A stretch of 64,000 bases of DNA from Octopus vulgaris (taxonomy: Eukaryota), in NCBI GenBank assembly GCA_951406725.2, contig OX597827.1, forward strand, positions 33,046,001-33,110,000, in the 5' to 3' direction. Below the pieces are notes generated by a model that made no database searches, had not been told where the DNA came from, and was given only the letters and a program-made list of their open reading frames with translations. The position numbers and the translations under genes are program-made. How positions within the stretch are numbered: position 1 is the stretch's first letter; each line of letters opens with the position of its first letter. Below, in pieces: positions 62,630-64,000 of the stretch.

Positions 62630-63080
62630 CTCTCTACCTTTCTATCATCCCTTCTCTGCCTCTCTCTCTATCATCCTCTTTCTGCTTCTCTCTCTCTATC
62701 ATCCCTTCTCTGCCTCTCTATCATCCCCTCTTTGCCTCTCTCTCTATCATCCCCTCTTTGCCTCTCTCTATCATCCCCTCTTTGCCTCTCTCTATCATCC
62801 CCTCTTTGCCTCTCTCTATCATCCCCTCTTTGCCTCTCTCTATCATCCCCTCTCTGCCTCTCTCTCTATCATCCCCTTTCTGCCTCTCTCTCTATCATTC
62901 CCTTCTCTGCCTCTCTCTATCATTCCCCTCTCTGCCTCTCTCTATCATTCCCCTCTCTGCCTCTCTCTATCATTCCCCTCTCTGCCTCTCTCTATCATTC
63001 CCCTCTCTGTCTCTCTCTCTATCACCCCCTCTCTGCCTCTCCCTCTCTATTTTCCCTTTTTGCCTCTCATCCCCTCTGCC
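62630..63080. repeat. CT-rich 24-27 bp minisatellite
   Basis: (CTCTCTATCATCCCCTCTTTGCCT)n variants. Confidence 0.9.
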
Positions 63081-64000
63081 TACCCATCTCTCTCTTTCTC
63101 TTTTATCTTTACATGCCTTTCTCTCTCTGTCTTCCTCTCCTCCCTCTCTCATTTATGCCTTCCTTTTCCTTTGTCTCTTCCTTTCTGCCTTTGTCGTCCC
63201 CTCCTCCCAATCTGATGTACAATGAATGCCTTTACATCTCACTCATATACTTCCATTTTATATTAGTTTTATTCATATTTGCACAAAATGGGTTCCCCTC
63301 CTTTTTTTTTCTTCTTCCTGGCCTCATTAAGAGACATCACAGACTGTCCCTTCTCAGCCTCTATCAGTCTCTTCTGTCAATAAAACACTGTAACTTATAA
63401 CTTTGTTCCTGACCCCCAGGTGAACTTGTTGTTGTTATTGTAAAACCTATAAACAAAAACCTGATCCAACACATTCTATCAGCTTTTTCTACCTTGCTTG
63501 CTGCACTTGGGGTTGTTTGTTCAGTGTTCACATTCAAGATGCCATTACAAACACCCCTGCTAACATTGATTGCATTAAGCCACATAGTATTGGTTTACTG
63601 TGAGCGGGAGGAAGTTGCACTACGGTCCAGCAGATTGTGTGTGTGTGTGCGGTGGGAGAGTCAAGAAGGGAGGGTCATACCATTTTTGACCCACTCTGTG
63701 GCCCTACTGTGTTGTTGAGCCCCAGGTCAGCTGCGATTCACCAAGTATGATCAAAGGCATTCCATCAATGATTATGCATTTTCTTACCCCCCCCTTCCTT
63801 CTTCCACCAACCCCACCTCTGTGGCATAGTGTACCTTGAACTACATAATCCAGTCTGTGTCCATTTTTTTCCCTCCCCTTTTTGTTTACAACAATAGGGT
63901 GTGCTTTGAGAGGGGGGATTTGGTTTCTATCTCTAGCAGATCAAGTGTCCACATAGAGGATCTTTCATTCGCATGGACGCCCCTTTTGTGTTGTTCCTGG

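Noticed and set aside
62430-63400. 261- and 281-aa Leu/Ser/Pro-rich ORFs
   Set aside because: CT-rich minisatellite open in several frames because it lacks stop codons.

Overview
AT-rich, microsatellite-dense animal genomic DNA. The SINE families, Dong/RTE/CR1/Penelope LINEs, Helitrons and (TACA)n/(TAGA)n/(TTA)n tracts suggest a coleoid cephalopod, probably Octopus (inference). Two host genes are readable. (1) A single-exon secreted protein of 449 aa (10211-11560), with a basic Arg/His/Gln N-terminal block and about 16 acidic 16/13-aa repeats. (2) A multi-exon gene the ORF track only shows in fragments (30729 to at least 52016, + strand). It has a signal-peptide exon followed by 13 symmetric phase-1 exons of 132 or 138 nt. 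Each encodes one six-cysteine pacifastin-like/VWC-half domain, most preceded by a KR/KK processing site, in the order A-B-C-D-B-D-B-C-D-B-E-F-G. It reads as a polyprotein precursor of small serine-protease inhibitors with varied P1 residues (E, R, L, K), expanded by recent exon+intron tandem duplication. The rest is transposon-derived: nested R4/Dong-like LINEs in TAA/TGA repeats, CR1, RTE, Penelope, a maT-like Tc1/mariner element, hAT MITEs, a foldback element with an 8-bp TSD, Helitron concatemers, SINEs and hammerhead-ribozyme-like motifs. There is a 100-N gap at 55211-55310.
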